From positions 95,232,001-95,296,000 of the forward strand of contig OX597816.1 in the NCBI GenBank assembly GCA_951406725.2: a stretch of DNA of 64,000 nt, in the 5' to 3' direction. A program made the translations under genes and the position numbers. Shown here piece by piece: positions 50,730 to 64,000 of this stretch; within the stretch, counting starts at the first letter, position 1; each line of letters opens with the position of its first letter. Source of the stretch: Octopus vulgaris (lineage: Eukaryota). The notes under the pieces are model-generated. The model ran no database searches and was not told the origin of the DNA. It saw nothing but the letters and a program-made list of their open reading frames with translations.

Positions 50730-52185
50730 AATTTCTCTTATGGCCACACTTTACTCCGTGGATCTAGTCCACAAGAAAGATTCCGGGGTCTAAATTCACT
50801 GTACTCGTTGCGAAACCTCACCTTACCGAAAGAATCATGGTACATGGCTTGTACAGCTCTCACTAACCACTCATCTATCCATAGTTTCCGCATCAACCAA
50901 CAGATACGGGATCGGGGGACCCTGTCAAAAAGCTTTCTCCATGTTAACGAAAGCCAGGCACAAAGGTTTATCTTTGGCTAGGTATTTCTCTTGTAGCTGT
51001 CTTACCAGAAATGTAGCATCAGTGGAGCTTTTCCCTGGCACAACCCAAACTGCACCTCGTCTTGACTGACTCTCCCTAATTAGTTGGGCTATAGCCCTTT
51101 CCGTGACTTTCATTACCTGATCCAACAACTAGATACCTCTGTAATTATTCGTATCTAATGCATCACCTTTACCTTTGTAGGAGTTGACTATGGTGCTGCT
51201 ACACCAGGTATTGGGTATGACTCTTTCATGTATCACCTGGTTGAGTATATGGGTGACTAGACTATAGCCGACACCGCCATATATTTTAAGCATCTCTGTT
51301 TTCATACCCTTAATTGCATTATCTATCAAGGTACTGTGAATTCGGATAGCTGTTAGGTCGACATTCGGCAGACTCTCTTTCTCCCACTCATTGTCTTCAT
51401 TTAGCAACCTTTCATAGTGGAGTCTCCAAGTCTCTCTCTTTGCAGCCTCATTAAATGCAAGTTAGCCATCATCCGTGCAAACACATTTCTCTCCTATGAC
51501 ATAATAAATCTCTCTCACACACTGTCTTGCAACACGAAACACTACAAGTCTTTGGTGTTCACGACACAGAACATTGGCAAATTTTTCTTATCTGCTTCCC
51601 TTCTGGCTAAGTAAACCTGTCTCCTTGCTTCCCTTCTGGCCATCTGGTACAACTCCCTGTTACCACCGTAATTCCAGTCCTTCCATGCTTGTTTCTTTTC
51701 CCTAATGGCCCTGTCAACTAAATTGTTCCACCACCACGTTACCTTGGATCGAGATGGGACTTTGCACCATCTACAGATGTGGTCAGTAGCCCTCATTCGG
51801 TTGTCCCATAGAAACCTGCAGTTGTCTTTCACATCATGTAATGCTATATCCCCTTCTATTTTGTCAAAAGCTTCGAGTAGTATGCCTCTAAATCTCTGTC
51901 CAGTCACAGGATACTTAAGCTTCCATACCCTTCCTATCCATGCTGGTCGTCTTCTGGGCATCCATTTAGCTCTGATCCTGAAGTCGCTAACTACTAATCT
52001 ATGTTGTGTGGTGAATCCTTCACCTGGGAAAATTTGGCATTTATAAGTAGCCATCTTTCCCGTTTCCTGGCGAGGATGTAATCAATTTGACTAGTGTGTT
52101 CACCAGATGGGTAGGTGAATAGGTGCTTGGCAGGTTTCCTGAAGTTAGTATTACAAACCATAAGATCATTCGCATCACAAAATAT
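50730..52185 (-). mobile_element. RTE-clade LINE fragment (APE C-terminus, tether, RT N-terminal half)
   Basis: NTNFRK..TY.SG..SQIDYIL, QHRLVV, WWWN, KGKGD..NYRGI, STDATFLVRQLQEKY..AFVNMEKAFDRVPR. Confidence 0.92.
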
Positions 52186-52410
52186 ATGCACATATACAAA
52201 TTAGTTATAAAGATTCAGTAGAATCTAGGTACGTTAGCACGCAGGTGGCAAAGAGTTCACAATGTGGTAAACAACAATAAAGTTATCAAGTGTCGGTAGG
52301 ATACTATAGATATTTAAGTACGAAATTTAAACCGTTGATCCGACTCTGGATTTGGCTCCATGGGTGGCTTAGTTATGAAAAGAGAACACAGATTAGCGTC
52401 TAAAATTTTT

Positions 52411-52471
52411 GATAGCTCTTTCAGTACAATTTTGTTGATATGTTCAATAAAATTGTACCGAAACAGCTGTC
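52411..52471. repeat. Imperfect hairpin containing a hammerhead 3' half (GAAA-cagctg-TC)
   Basis: gatagctctttcagtacaattttgttga / tcaataaaattgtaccgaaacagctgtc. Confidence 0.7.
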
Positions 52472-52536
52472 GTACATTTTAAGCGACTATACACAATGTA
52501 AAACCAAAAAGGAAAAAATCTATTGTCACTGGTTCT

Positions 52537-52685
52537 GTGATAGCACCTGAATCGCTAGAAATAAGAGTTAAAAAGCTTTCACAGCCACAGAAAGCACTAT
52601 TTCATATACCGACTGTATATAAAAATGTGCTTTCTGCGTGTTTAAGGGGTCTTAGCTCTTATTTCTAGCAATGTAAGTACTATCC
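52537..52685. repeat. Imperfect fold-back palindrome
   Basis: gctagaaataagagttaa..cagaaagcac / gtgctttctg..ttagctcttatttctagc. Confidence 0.8.
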
Positions 52686-52752
52686 TGCACCTTTAGTCAC
52701 AGTTAATGACAGTTGTGTGTGTGTGTGTGGAGGGGTATACATATATACAAAA

Positions 52753-52789
<37 letters not shown>

Positions 52790-52909
52790 AGGAAAACACA
52801 AAATGGAGATAAAATTGATGAATGGTAATTGATGTGCACCAATTATATTTTATTAATTAATTACACAAAGACAAAATCGCATCTTACTGCTGTTTCCGTT
52901 GGCGCCGTT

Positions 52910-52953
<44 letters not shown>

Positions 52954-53154
52954 AGATCCAGGGATCGAGGTGTAGGGAGAAGGTTAGCTGTAAGCAATCC
53001 GTAGTAAATATGAAAAAACAATTTTCAGGGACAATAGGGATTTATTGAGACGGAAGTTTGTGGCTGTTTTTTCGTATTGAAGTACGTTAAACTGAAAAAG
53101 GTTCTTTTTATATTTCACAGTAGGCGACCAGGGTTGCCGGGTATACGAATAAGA

Positions 53155-53375
53155 ATACAAAAGTTACAGAATGGAGTAAATAAAATCCAGGCTACAAATG
53201 TTTCATAGCCAGAAGAACCTCAGAAGCGGTAAATATCCAGACGAAATGTATACCGCAAGCTGAAGAGTACCCTGTGGTATACACCTCGCCTGGATATTTA
53301 CCACTTCTGAGGTTTCGCTCGTTATGAAACATATGTAGTCCGGATCTTATCCACTCCATTCCGTAAATCTTGTGC
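53155..53375. repeat. Diverged fold-back element with a truncated hammerhead-like motif
   Basis: ~95-bp imperfect arms. CTGAAGA at 53260 and GAAA-catatg-TA at 53326-53337. Stem I 5' strand missing. Confidence 0.75.
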
Positions 53376-53419
53376 GTGTGTATATATATATGGGTGTGTG
53401 TGATTGTGTATAGAAGAAT

Positions 53420-53557
53420 ATATTAATAAAAGGAATTCCAACCGTGTCTGATTTTCACGTTTTATTTACAATCTTATAATGATATATTATAAGATAATAT
53501 ATCATTATAAGATTGTAAATAAAACGTGAAAATCAGACAAGGTTGGAATTCTTTTTA

Positions 53558-53562
<5 letters not shown>
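53420..53562. repeat. Near-perfect palindrome ending in (TA)n
   Basis: gaattccaacc.tgtctgattttcacgttttatttacaatcttataatgatatattat and its reverse complement. Confidence 0.92.
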
Positions 53563-53603
<41 letters not shown>

Positions 53604-53614
<11 letters not shown>

Positions 53615-53768
53615 GAGGGCATTACTATTTATAAATGTCACACGCTAGGAAGGACTCTGAAAGCAAAAACTACCAAAATAAATAAACACAATATTTTGGT
53701 TGTTTTAACTTTAAGAGTCCCTCCTAGTGTGTGGCATTTATGTATAATAATGACTTCTATATAATATA
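53604..53768. repeat. Imperfect fold-back palindrome starting from (TA)n
   Basis: tatattatatagagggcattact..ctaggaaggactct..accaaaata / tattttggt..agagtccctcctag..aatgacttctatataatata. Confidence 0.85.
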
Positions 53769-55201
53769 AATAAATATGTCTAAGTGAAAAAATTGTAGGA
53801 TTTTTTTCGTCTTATGACGTTTTTCACGCTAACTATTTGATAAATTCTTATAAAGATTTTATCCTATTTTTAAGTTGTATATATATATATATATAAATAG
53901 GCATCATAAACTCTTAGAGAAATCATCAGGTAAAAGCATTCTGACCAGTTGTAATTTTATTACTGCTGGAGGCCATTCAGAAGCCGTGTTAATAGATCAG
54001 AAAATATGTTTTTCATTAAACTTTTTGGTAATGACTACTTCCTTCCAGTTATTCTAAGAAACCAAACAATTCATCAAAGACAATTTGCGTGAAATGATTA
54101 ATTAAATATAAATGCATGTGTTAGGCACTGTTCTGAAATCTAGGACGTAAACCCCAGAGGCAACATTGCAGTCGGAAAAGAAGCACAATACGTCAGATGC
54201 GATTGCAGTATTTAGCTTTTCAAAAAAAAAAAAAAAACAACAAAAAACAAAAGAAACAAAAAAATACAAAAAAAAAGAAAAACCAAATAAAAAACAAATG
54301 TTTTCTCTAGGATTTATGACAAAAATTTATTTGAGAGTAAGAAAAAATACATTTTCATGCATGCTATGTAGAATGTGATATTTGTGAGGTAGTTGTGGAA
54401 CCTCGTCATTCTCAGTAACGAACGAATATATTTTAGTCTCAGCAGTTTAAATGTAATGGACCTATACACAACTATGACCTATGCTATACTATGCTATAAT
54501 GAAGATTTATATAAGCACATAGCTTCTTACATTGAATAGATAAGAGATGTGGTTGTAGGATATCAATCTTTTCTCAAGGGTATTTATTAACTATACTGAC
54601 TTGAATCAGGTTTGGAGACGTAATGGTTATATCGTATATTGCATGTCAGTATAGAATATAATTAGCTATAATTAAGCATATTCAATGGAAATGTGAGATT
54701 GGTGGTAACTAAATAGGCAGCTCTCTGCATTATTACTAGTTTGAAGTATATTTAAGGTGTTAGACAGACGACCGCGGCAAACAAATTGAATTCATAATCC
54801 ATCCCGGGTACCTAACTTAAAATAGGCACATCGTGATAGGCATAAATTACGTCTGTAAGCAGCGAAACTGCTAACTTTAATAAACTATATCTTTTATTAA
54901 GTGGTGAATATAGAGTCGTTATGAACAGTTTTAATTTCATTTATACTTACAAGATTATTTCAAGTGAGCACTGAAAATCAATCAAATACTTGCCAATAAT
55001 TCAACTACCTAATTGGGCATACATGTTAATAACTACGAGAAGCATGATACTGGTAGATAAATGTTTTTAGAAAACAACCGGTACTTCAATAATGGTAAGA
55101 GTTAAGCCAAGATCTAATTTTAACTTATTAATATAACACTTTATTAATTTAGCCAGCTGCGCTTCTTAGATAAGACATCCCTGTAAATATGATATTAGAC
55201 T

Positions 55202-55251
<50 letters not shown>

Positions 55252-55279
55252 TATACGTACAAGGTTGGAATTTCTTTTA

Positions 55280-55336
<57 letters not shown>

Positions 55337-56198
55337 GAGGGTATATATATATTATATTGTACATATATGTACAATATATTACATAAAACTGTAAAATAGT
55401 TTTATACACAAGAAATAAATATGTAATATGCACATATTCAGATATGTAATAAGGGAAATATGAAAACTGGAAGACTAAACAAAGAAGAAATAAAGATACT
55501 TTAACTAAAAACCAATTATCTTTACCAGAAGATAATACCAAAGCGAAACTGAAATAATACTTTTCTATAAATATCGTTAAACATAATGAAATAATATTTG
55601 TAAGAATTGGCCGAAACTTATAGCTCAAACAATTCTTCATAGAGATTAAGATATGAAGCGGAATGTGTGAGCTAAAAATACAGGCTCTATTGTTGAAGCT
55701 ACAATTCATTGAAAATTAAAGAAGTCTGAGAAGAGGATAGTAAGACGTAATAACTGTTTTTGCCAAAACTTTACAACAGCTGGCAATGTTAAGCTAATGG
55801 TGTGTGAATATTTTAACGGATTCGTAGAAAGTTTTATAAAATATCTCTTAATATTGAAAATGTGTCTCAGATCATCAGGAAATCACTCGCATTTCGAAGA
55901 AATATGTTGCATTTAAGGAAAGTTAGTAATTCTTTTTTGGCAGATTTGCTCTATATAAAGTTGCGCATTTAAGCATTTATTTTCATATTACTTCATATTA
56001 CTCTATGTGAACAGCTGCAATAGAAAATGTGTGAATTTGTGTGATAATACACATTATCTCATAATAAAAATACTCATACTCATATATACATTCATACTAC
56101 ATTCATGCATACATACACAAATATTAATACTACACACACACGCACATACACACGCACATACACACACATATATAAATATATGTATATATATATGTATG

Positions 56199-56279
<81 letters not shown>

Positions 56280-56389
56280 GTACATACATACAATGAAAGA
56301 TATAAGGAAATATATCTCACACATGTAAGAATACGCGTCTACATACCTACAGCAGAGCACACACACATATAGACATAGGCGCATATATG

Positions 56390-57266
56390 CAGAGTGCGAT
56401 GGGTAAATGGTCGCCATTTTATATTCTTATAATGCATGCGCATTGTTTGTTTTTGATTTTGTCGTCTACACAGTATGGTAGGGTCGTCGGGCACCTTCTG
56501 TGAGAAAAACAGTGTCATGACGCACTTCACGCTGCTAGAAATTTGGGAACGATATGCTGTACTGCTAGGCATTGCTCTAATACGAACATTTCAGAGTGTT
56601 TGGATGTCAGTCTGAGGATAATGCAATCTGACGACGTGTACCGAGAGTGATACAAATTCAAACATCCAGTTAACATCATGGTGTTTGGAGTGATCACTAG
56701 TGATGGTGACGTTATGCCTCCATTCATATTCTCACACGGCCTCACACTCAACACGGATGCATGTATACCAAGTGCCTGGGGGAAGTAGTGCTGCTCTGCG
56801 TCAAGAGGGTGGCTGCTGGAAGACCCAATGTCTGCCAACAGGACTCGGAACCACGCCACACAAGCAGGAGAACCAAGTCATGGCTGTCAGACAATTTATT
56901 CGACCACATCATACATAAGATCTGGTCACCTGACTCCACAAACTCCAACCCTCTTGATTATTATTTGTGGGGCGCAGTCGAGCGAGAGACCAACGAAACT
57001 CCTTGTAACACCAAAGATGAACGGAAGGCAAGGATTATGGCAGCATTCACCAACTTAAACAAGGAAACTGTCAAGAAGAGTAGCAGGAGATTCCGAAGTC
57101 GTCTGGAGGCTGTAGTTGAAGCCATTGGCGATTTTATTGAATAAATTTTCTCTTTAGTATTTCAAGATATTTTTATGTAATTTTGGTAAATATATCTGTT
57201 AAAATGAGATGTCACTGTTATTTTCATTTTTGAGTATTTAGACAACAGCTTATTCACCGCACCCTG
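56390..57266 (+). mobile_element. Internally deleted DD37D (maT-type) Tc1/mariner transposon with both TIRs
   Basis: KHPVNIMVFGVITSDG, QQD-x37-D (NPLDY, counted by hand). TIRs cagagtgcgatgggtaa / ttattcaccgcaccctg, with TA at the right end. Confidence 0.88.
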
Positions 57267-57729
57267 TAAATGTAAACATTAGGATGTAAAGATGATGTGG
57301 AAAGTACGTACCTAATACTCTAAGTAGTGTTACACAATTTATTGGAGACCGAATCTCGAAATGTCTGACGTATTTTTTTGGAAATTGATAAAAAGTGAAA
57401 AATGAATTTTGAATGAAATAGATATACAGTTCAAATCTTCGAATATCATAGCGAAATTCTCGTTCGATAAAGTGGTATAAAAGAATTTTAATCTTTGATT
57501 ATGTGGTTATTACTTGGAAAGACAATGAGAGGAACGGGTGCCAGCACTCTGGGTAGAGCAGATAAAATTAGGCAAAACCATATAGTAGCCACGAATACAT
57601 GTTAATGAGAAAATATAAATCATTCACAATTATGAGCATGAATATTTTCCACGCATTGAGAAAAGTAACTGAAGTGACGGACTCTCGATTTTGGAGATAG
57701 CAGCGACCCATATTCCCGTTAGCAATACA

Positions 57730-57952
57730 CAGTAATTCCTCGAATATCGCGGGTATTACTTTCCAAAACACCCACGATAGGTGAAAATCCGTGAAATAGA
57801 AACAGTACTGTACTGTATATATTTTTTTTACTATTTTTATAATTTGTATGTATTTATTTTACTATAAATGCAAAACAACACCACGGAGGAATTGATGTAA
57901 GCTTAAATAATAAACTGCGACAAGTGAACCGCGATATGGCGAGGGATTACTG
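57730..57952. mobile_element. Tigger/pogo-like MITE
   Basis: TIRs cagtaattcctcgaatatcgcgg / ccgcgatatggcgagggattactg followed by TA. AT-rich non-coding interior. Confidence 0.8.
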
Positions 57953-58059
57953 TATAGAAAATCAGTACCAGAACAGGCTCTGGTGACGCCATTAGCCAGT
58001 GTTCCACTTTTCACTAATGAAAGAGGTTGCTGTGAATGCTCTTTCACGACCATTCGCAT

Positions 58060-58322
<263 letters not shown>

Positions 58323-59089
58323 CGGCATCAGTACTTGACTGGTGCTTCATTCATCGACCCAGAATGAAAGGTAAATTTGATCTTGGCAATATTTTAACTC
58401 ATCGAGCCAGAAAACAAGAACAAATGCCACAAAAAATGTTATCCGGCTCTAAAATTACTCTGCCAATATTTTATTTATAGACATTCTAATTCATTGTGCA
58501 TACATATGTAAAGACACATGTGTACATAACGGTGAAGACAGGTATATTTTTTCCTGTAAAATAAGGACTGATCGACTGCAAATGATATCGATTAGGATAT
58601 ATTGGTTCAGAGTTATTGATTGGACACAATTAACAAGTGTTAAGTTTAAAAGCGGTGGAGGACACGTATTGTACGTCTGGACAGCTTGGATGTTTAAATA
58701 ACTGGTGCTAAGTAAAGGTAGCAATTATCTTTGGCCTAACCGGTGATGGGTTCTAAAGAATTTCCGAGATTCAGTGAACATTTGTCATTCCACATTTATC
58801 ATTAGTTTTCACTCAAGTTTCTTCAGCGTAAAATATTTTACTTGGACTAGGCAAAAAGCCAGCCTTACAGAGCTAGCGTTTAACTGAGATGATCAATATA
58901 GCTATTTACCTTTACATAGTACCAGTTTTGTTGTTACCTAATATATAATACGTCAAGGGAAGTCTACAAGATAAATTCAGAACTAATGGAACTGGATTCA
59001 GAAACTAGGTGTCATCTAATTCATCTTGCTATCATTTTTAATAAACTATTAATATATTTAAATAAGCAAAGAAGTAGATAGAATTAAAA

Positions 59090-59318
59090 TCCTCCCCAAC
59101 TCATATAGACTTGCAGGGTAGGTCTCTTGGTTTCTATGGATTATATATATTATATATCTGGACGGGACGACGGTCCGTCGCAGGATTACTTGTTTTTGCC
59201 AGCAGAGTAAGACATGAAGTGTTTTACTCAAGAGGTCAACGCGTCTCTCGGTCATGGAATTGAAACCAGAATTTTACGATCATGAATCGAAGGTCCCAAC
59301 CACTAAGCCACGCGCCTT
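59090..59318 (-). mobile_element. tRNA-derived SINE family C (V-domain-like)
   Basis: ggcgcgtggcttagtggtt..ggtttcaattcc..cttgagtaaaacactt..cctgcgacggaccgtcgtcccgtccag. Confidence 0.6.
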
Positions 59319-59639
59319 CACTTAAATGAGCTAAATAACTAGAAAATACTAATATCAGAGAGTGGAATGCTTTATATGTATCAAATAAACAAAATGTTTG
59401 ACAGCATTGTTGTGTCTGATTTATGCAAACAGTAACAGTAGATTTGGTCACATGCAAATGGTATTGGTGGCCGCTGAGAATATGCTTGTTTACGGCATTT
59501 CTTACTGCGTTAGGATGATAGGCCCTGAATGCCGCAGAATAAGTGAAGTTACTTGCATTGCAAATGAGAAACTCGGTAGCATATTTCGAAATATTGTAGG
59601 GAGATATGTTTTGTAATGTAGAATGACATCTGTCTTTAT

Positions 59640-60020
59640 TTATTGGTAGAAAAGGCCCGGAATTTTGGGGGAGAGGAATTTTGTCGGTTAGATCAATCTC
59701 AGTACGCAACTGATACTTAATTTATTGACTCCGAAAGGATAAAAGGCAAAGTCGACCTCAGTGGAAGTTGAACTCAGAACGTAAAGACACGAAATACCTA
59801 TTTCTTTACTACCCACAAGGGGCTAAACACAGAGAGGACAAACAAAGACAGACAAACGAATCAAGTCGATTATATCGACCTCAGTGCAGAACTGGTACTT
59901 ATTTAATCGACACCGAAAGGATGAAAGGCAAAGTCGACCTCGGCGAAATTTGAACTCAGAACGTAGCGGTAGGCGGAATACCACTAAGCATTTTGCCCGG
60001 CGTGCTAACAATTCTGTCAT
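59640..60020 (-). mobile_element. Dimeric SINE family B, second copy
   Basis: Same internal junction aagaaataggtatttcgtgtctttacgttctgagttcaacttccactgagg as 15559-15952. Confidence 0.9.
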
Positions 60021-60024
60021 CTTT

Positions 60025-60275
60025 TATAATCAGCCAATGAGACATGACGTTGTAGCTAGGACACTCTATAATGAAATTCGTCGGAAGGATAATCCCGAGA
60101 ACAAAGAAATAAAACCCCACAATATGGTCGAAGCCATAGCCACTCATAATGGAAAGGAATATTGGTGGAATGTCCCAGTGACGACCGCAATAAAATGTAA
60201 GCACAACAAACGTGATATAATGATCTGGGATAGAGAAGAGAAACTGTGCACAGTTGTAGAAATTAGCTGCATGGC
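60025..60275 (+). mobile_element. R4-clade endonuclease fragment, inverted relative to the adjacent RT fragment
   Basis: MRHDVVARTLY..YWWNVPV..HNKRDIMIWD..CTVVEISC. Confidence 0.8.
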
Positions 60276-60331
60276 ATCTTTTCCATAATAATTTCCTCAT
60301 TTCGAATTCAAACATTTACTTCTCTCACATC

Positions 60332-60379
60332 GTCTCTGATGAAGGGATAGCCATAATATCCCAGATACAGATGTAAGAC
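60332..60379 (+). ncRNA. Degenerate minimal type I hammerhead (GAAA mutated to GATA) in a ~115-bp PLE-terminus-like patch
   Basis: gtct-CTGATGA-a-gggata(gccataa)tatccc-a-GATA-cagatg-TA-agac. Confidence 0.6.
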
Positions 60380-60394
60380 TATGTCTCTTTCCTT

Positions 60395-61362
60395 ATAAAT
60401 CAGGTACTTGATTGATATTTCCTGTTCCTGGATTGCAAGCACATGCCCTTCAAAGTGGGAGGTAATAATCCGGCTATTCGTCCATGATAAACTGCTGTGA
60501 TGATCGATGTTACTAATATCACGGAGCTTTCTGGTAACATGTCCATGCATAGTCTTCTGCTCGTATAGGCTCATCCTTTCATCTCATGATACGTTGCGGT
60601 AGAGTTGTGCGACTTCTTTGGGTATGTATTCTAGGTTATCAGTCAAAGAGTGTTGCTTAGGGAGCTGCCTTCCAAGTCTTATCATGTTATTAGCTTCATG
60701 TATGCAAACTTGGTCAAGGGATGCACTTCGACGCTTGGTGGTTAAAAGATGTTGCCGAAGGGATATGATGCGACATTCAAAGGCAGTCTGGATCGATGTT
60801 AAGCCTCTGTCGCCTTGTTTTCGTTTTATGTACAGGCGGTCTACGTCGCTGTTTATGAGGAAATTATGTGTGCTTGTTAATATTTTTTGGGTTTTCACAT
60901 TAATGTCTCGGATCTCATCAAGCGTCCAATCAAACAGCCTAAATGTTGAAAAGAGTTCTAGCATTGCAAACACATTTTGGGCCACTGTTTTATTGAATGC
61001 AGAGTGTTGTGAGGTTCAAAAGTTACTTTATTCGGCTGTAATACTCTTTAGCGACACTGTTTTGTTACAGGTGCCACTGTAAGATATATTTTCATCCACC
61101 CCTAGATACTTGTAGCGTTCCTCGTCAGATGCAGAGGAAACAGTCAAATCATTGACGAAGATGCTACTACTCTGATTTCTCCCTTTTCTTAACCATATAA
61201 CATCATTTATCCTGACCAAACACCAACCCTACATCCTTTGAGAATGTTGTAACTAGGTCAAGGGTCTTTTTCATCTCATGCATATTCTTTGCATAAAGTT
61301 TTAAGTCATCCACAAAGAAACAATGTGTAATTTTGGTATTTCTGTTTCTTTGTGAACCAGAA
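60395..61362 (-). mobile_element. R4-clade LINE fragment (RT catalytic domain to linker; third family)
   Basis: ITHCFFVDDLKLYAK..FSKDVGLVFGQDK, YKYLGVDE, NSDVDRLYIKRKQG.RGL, KTMHG, FEG..AIQEQEI. Confidence 0.88.
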
Positions 61363-61369
61363 ATATGTG

Positions 61370-61505
61370 AGTATGTATGTATGTATGTATGTATGTATGT
61401 ATGTATGTATGTATGTATGTATGTATGTATGTATGTATGTATGTATGTATGTATTTTTGTATGTATGTATGTATGGATGTATGTATGTATGGATGGATGT
61501 TTGTA
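61370..61505 (+). repeat. (TATG)n microsatellite
   Basis: Directly visible. Confidence 0.95.
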
Positions 61506-61946
61506 TGAATATATTATCTTGTCACGCACATAGTGTCTTTATTTCATTAATAAGCCCATTAGCTGCAGGTTTGCGTCGTCCAGGACAACGTCTCTTTTTG
61601 ATGCCTAGTGTTAAAACACTGAATATCTAAAATCAGGCAAGGCAATTTGCCTCGGATTGATATTTCACCGTCTTTCAGCGCTCAGCAGCACCGTTCACAC
61701 TCAAGTCATCACGGAACAAGCCGAATGGTTGGTCTGCGATATATATGCAAATAATGTAAAGTTCTATTTGCTGATGGCTATGGCATAGAGCATGCTGAAC
61801 AAAATGAAATTTTGAATTAAAAGCAGCTCTAATAATATCCATCTTATAGATGTCACGTATATAGTGTAGATGTTCTGTTTACGGATCCATCAGCAGCGGG
61901 AAACCGTCCGGGGAAATGTCCCTTGTTAGCGCTGCATGTATATATG

Positions 61947-61951
<5 letters not shown>

Positions 61952-62039
<88 letters not shown>

Positions 62040-62050
62040 GCACACACACA
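61952..62050 (+). repeat. (CA)n microsatellite
   Basis: Directly visible. Confidence 0.97.
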
Positions 62051-63725
62051 TCCATTAGGAGGTTTAAAAGTAAAACACCGGCGAAATTCAGAAAATCTGA
62101 TGTAATGATTAGAACCAACCAACAATGTAGTGGCTGAGCTTAGTTAAGTTTCAGATTCTTAGATCACGTGTCTCGCATTTGGCACTCATAGATAATCAAT
62201 CAAAGAAAACGATATGGATATTTCAGCTAATAAGACGAGACAACATCAAAGAAAGCCGAAACGACGAAAAGAACGTTTTTCTGCAATTAATGAGGACTCA
62301 ATTTAAAGGCGTCTTTTGATGTCGTTCTCTCAACTTAGCTTCCTGCTCTCGTCTCTGTAGAGATTAACTTTCTATAGGATTTCACATTTGAAGCTCTTTT
62401 ATCGCATTTATCGTTATATCTAAAATGATAGGACACTTGAGAGTTTCATTGATGTGAATATGTTACTATCTGTCCATCCAAGTCGATCAAATCAGCCAGC
62501 TGTCTAAATACTTATATATAAGTCTATCTATAATTGATATCTCGGTAGCATGAACGCACACAGACACATTCTAGCAAACGTGCCTCCGCCTACACGTACA
62601 TACATTCACGTAGGTACTCTCACCACGCCACATATATGCATGTATTCACACATATACAAGTTAAAGGGAAAAAGTATGCATGTATTTACACATATGCAAG
62701 TTAAAGTGAAAATAGACGCATAACTGGATGCTTAATAACATTCGAAACAGAATCTCGACAACTATTGATATTGATTTTAATTTGTATTAACAAGTAAGAA
62801 AATATTGCAGAACAAAGAGGGAAAAAATGTGGAATGAATACATCTTCAAGCCGTGCAACTTAGGTAAAACTCACAAAATTCGATAGCAAAGATATTGTAA
62901 TGTCAAAAACATTTAACACATCATAGTAATTTAAAATAATAAATAGAATCATTAAAGGCAATCCTGCGATCAAATGAATCTCGAAGAATGCGTACGGAAT
63001 TAATAATGGTCAGTTTGAACATTTTCAGCTATTTATCACTAAACTATAAATAATTGCTGAAACATAAATATTGGAAATCGATCTGCAGTTGAAGAGGTTT
63101 GTTTTGAAGCGAATGGAACTGTTAGAAAGAGAAAGAATGCTAATTAGGGCAATAAAGTACTTTGGTTTTCATTTAAGACTAGAACAAGCTGCAGCTGAGT
63201 TAGTTGATTGAATAACAATTAGCTTGTTGGTCGGTGCCGAAAAAATATTCAAGATTTCCACAGTTCCAGTACTTATATTAGTATCATGATGTATCATGTT
63301 ATGTGTTCTTGGCTGCTGTTAACTTGCTAATTAACAAAACTATATCTGTCAAGCTGTTACAAAGTGCAATAGTTTACTGATTAATGGAAGAGTTCTGAAT
63401 TGTAAGCAGCGGCACCATGAAATTGCTGAGGTTTTCGTTCGGCTGAATTGAAAATAAGTTTTGCTCTCTATGTGAATATAATAGAAGAGATAGTGGATGG
63501 ACATTTCTCTTGTCATTGTAATTTATCGTGTATTGATAAAATCTCTAACCCTGCAGAAATATTAGGTCACCTCAATTAACTTTGAGCTGATTCAATCGTC
63601 TTTGAGCTGTAGGATGGCCCAAGGAGCTGGAATCTAGATATCAAGATACCTATACCACTATTCATATTTCAAGGGATACAATCAACACGTATTTATAGTG
63701 GCAGACGTCTGATGTAGTAGAGAAT

Positions 63726-63868
63726 ATACATACATACATACATACATACATACATACATACATACATACATACATACATACATACATACATACATACATA
63801 CATACATACACATACATACATACACATACACACACATACATACATACAAAAATACATACATACATACA
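63726..63868 (+). repeat. (TACA)n microsatellite
   Basis: Directly visible. Confidence 0.95.
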
Positions 63869-64000
63869 TTCATAGTTCCTTGATGCTTTTCAACATTGTT
63901 TTCTGCAATATGTCACAATAATCCATTGTTCTCTCAATAAATGTGAGTCCTCCCACACGAGTTGCACTCATGCATTTCCAAAGCTAACATACTTCCACCG

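Noticed and set aside
62636-62712. ~40-bp direct duplication
   Set aside because: An ordinary two-copy tandem slip with no further structure

Overview
AT-rich, microsatellite-dense eukaryotic DNA. The repeat content suggests an octopus or other coleoid cephalopod (inference). I found no supportable host exon. The window is made of transposon relics: R4/Dong-clade LINEs (one nearly full length with a (TAA)n tail), L1/Tx1, CR1-group and RTE LINEs, Penelope-like elements (PLEs), Tc1/mariner and Chapaev3-type DNA transposons, and three tRNA-derived SINE families. Three observations stand out. (1) Two PLE insertions sit in (TA)n tracts with asymmetric inverted arms, and each arm carries a complete type I hammerhead ribozyme fold (four copies). 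Each fold has a branched stem II containing AATAAA. Further hammerhead remnants and many fold-back elements lie in or near microsatellites. (2) Two SINE-LINE pairs share 3' tails, one with a CR1-group LINE (compensatory hairpin changes) and one with a Tx1 LINE. One of these SINEs also occurs as a TSD-flanked dimer with two different tails. (3) An RTE LINE tail encodes three C2H2 fingers. All alignments and folds were done by eye and no database was searched.
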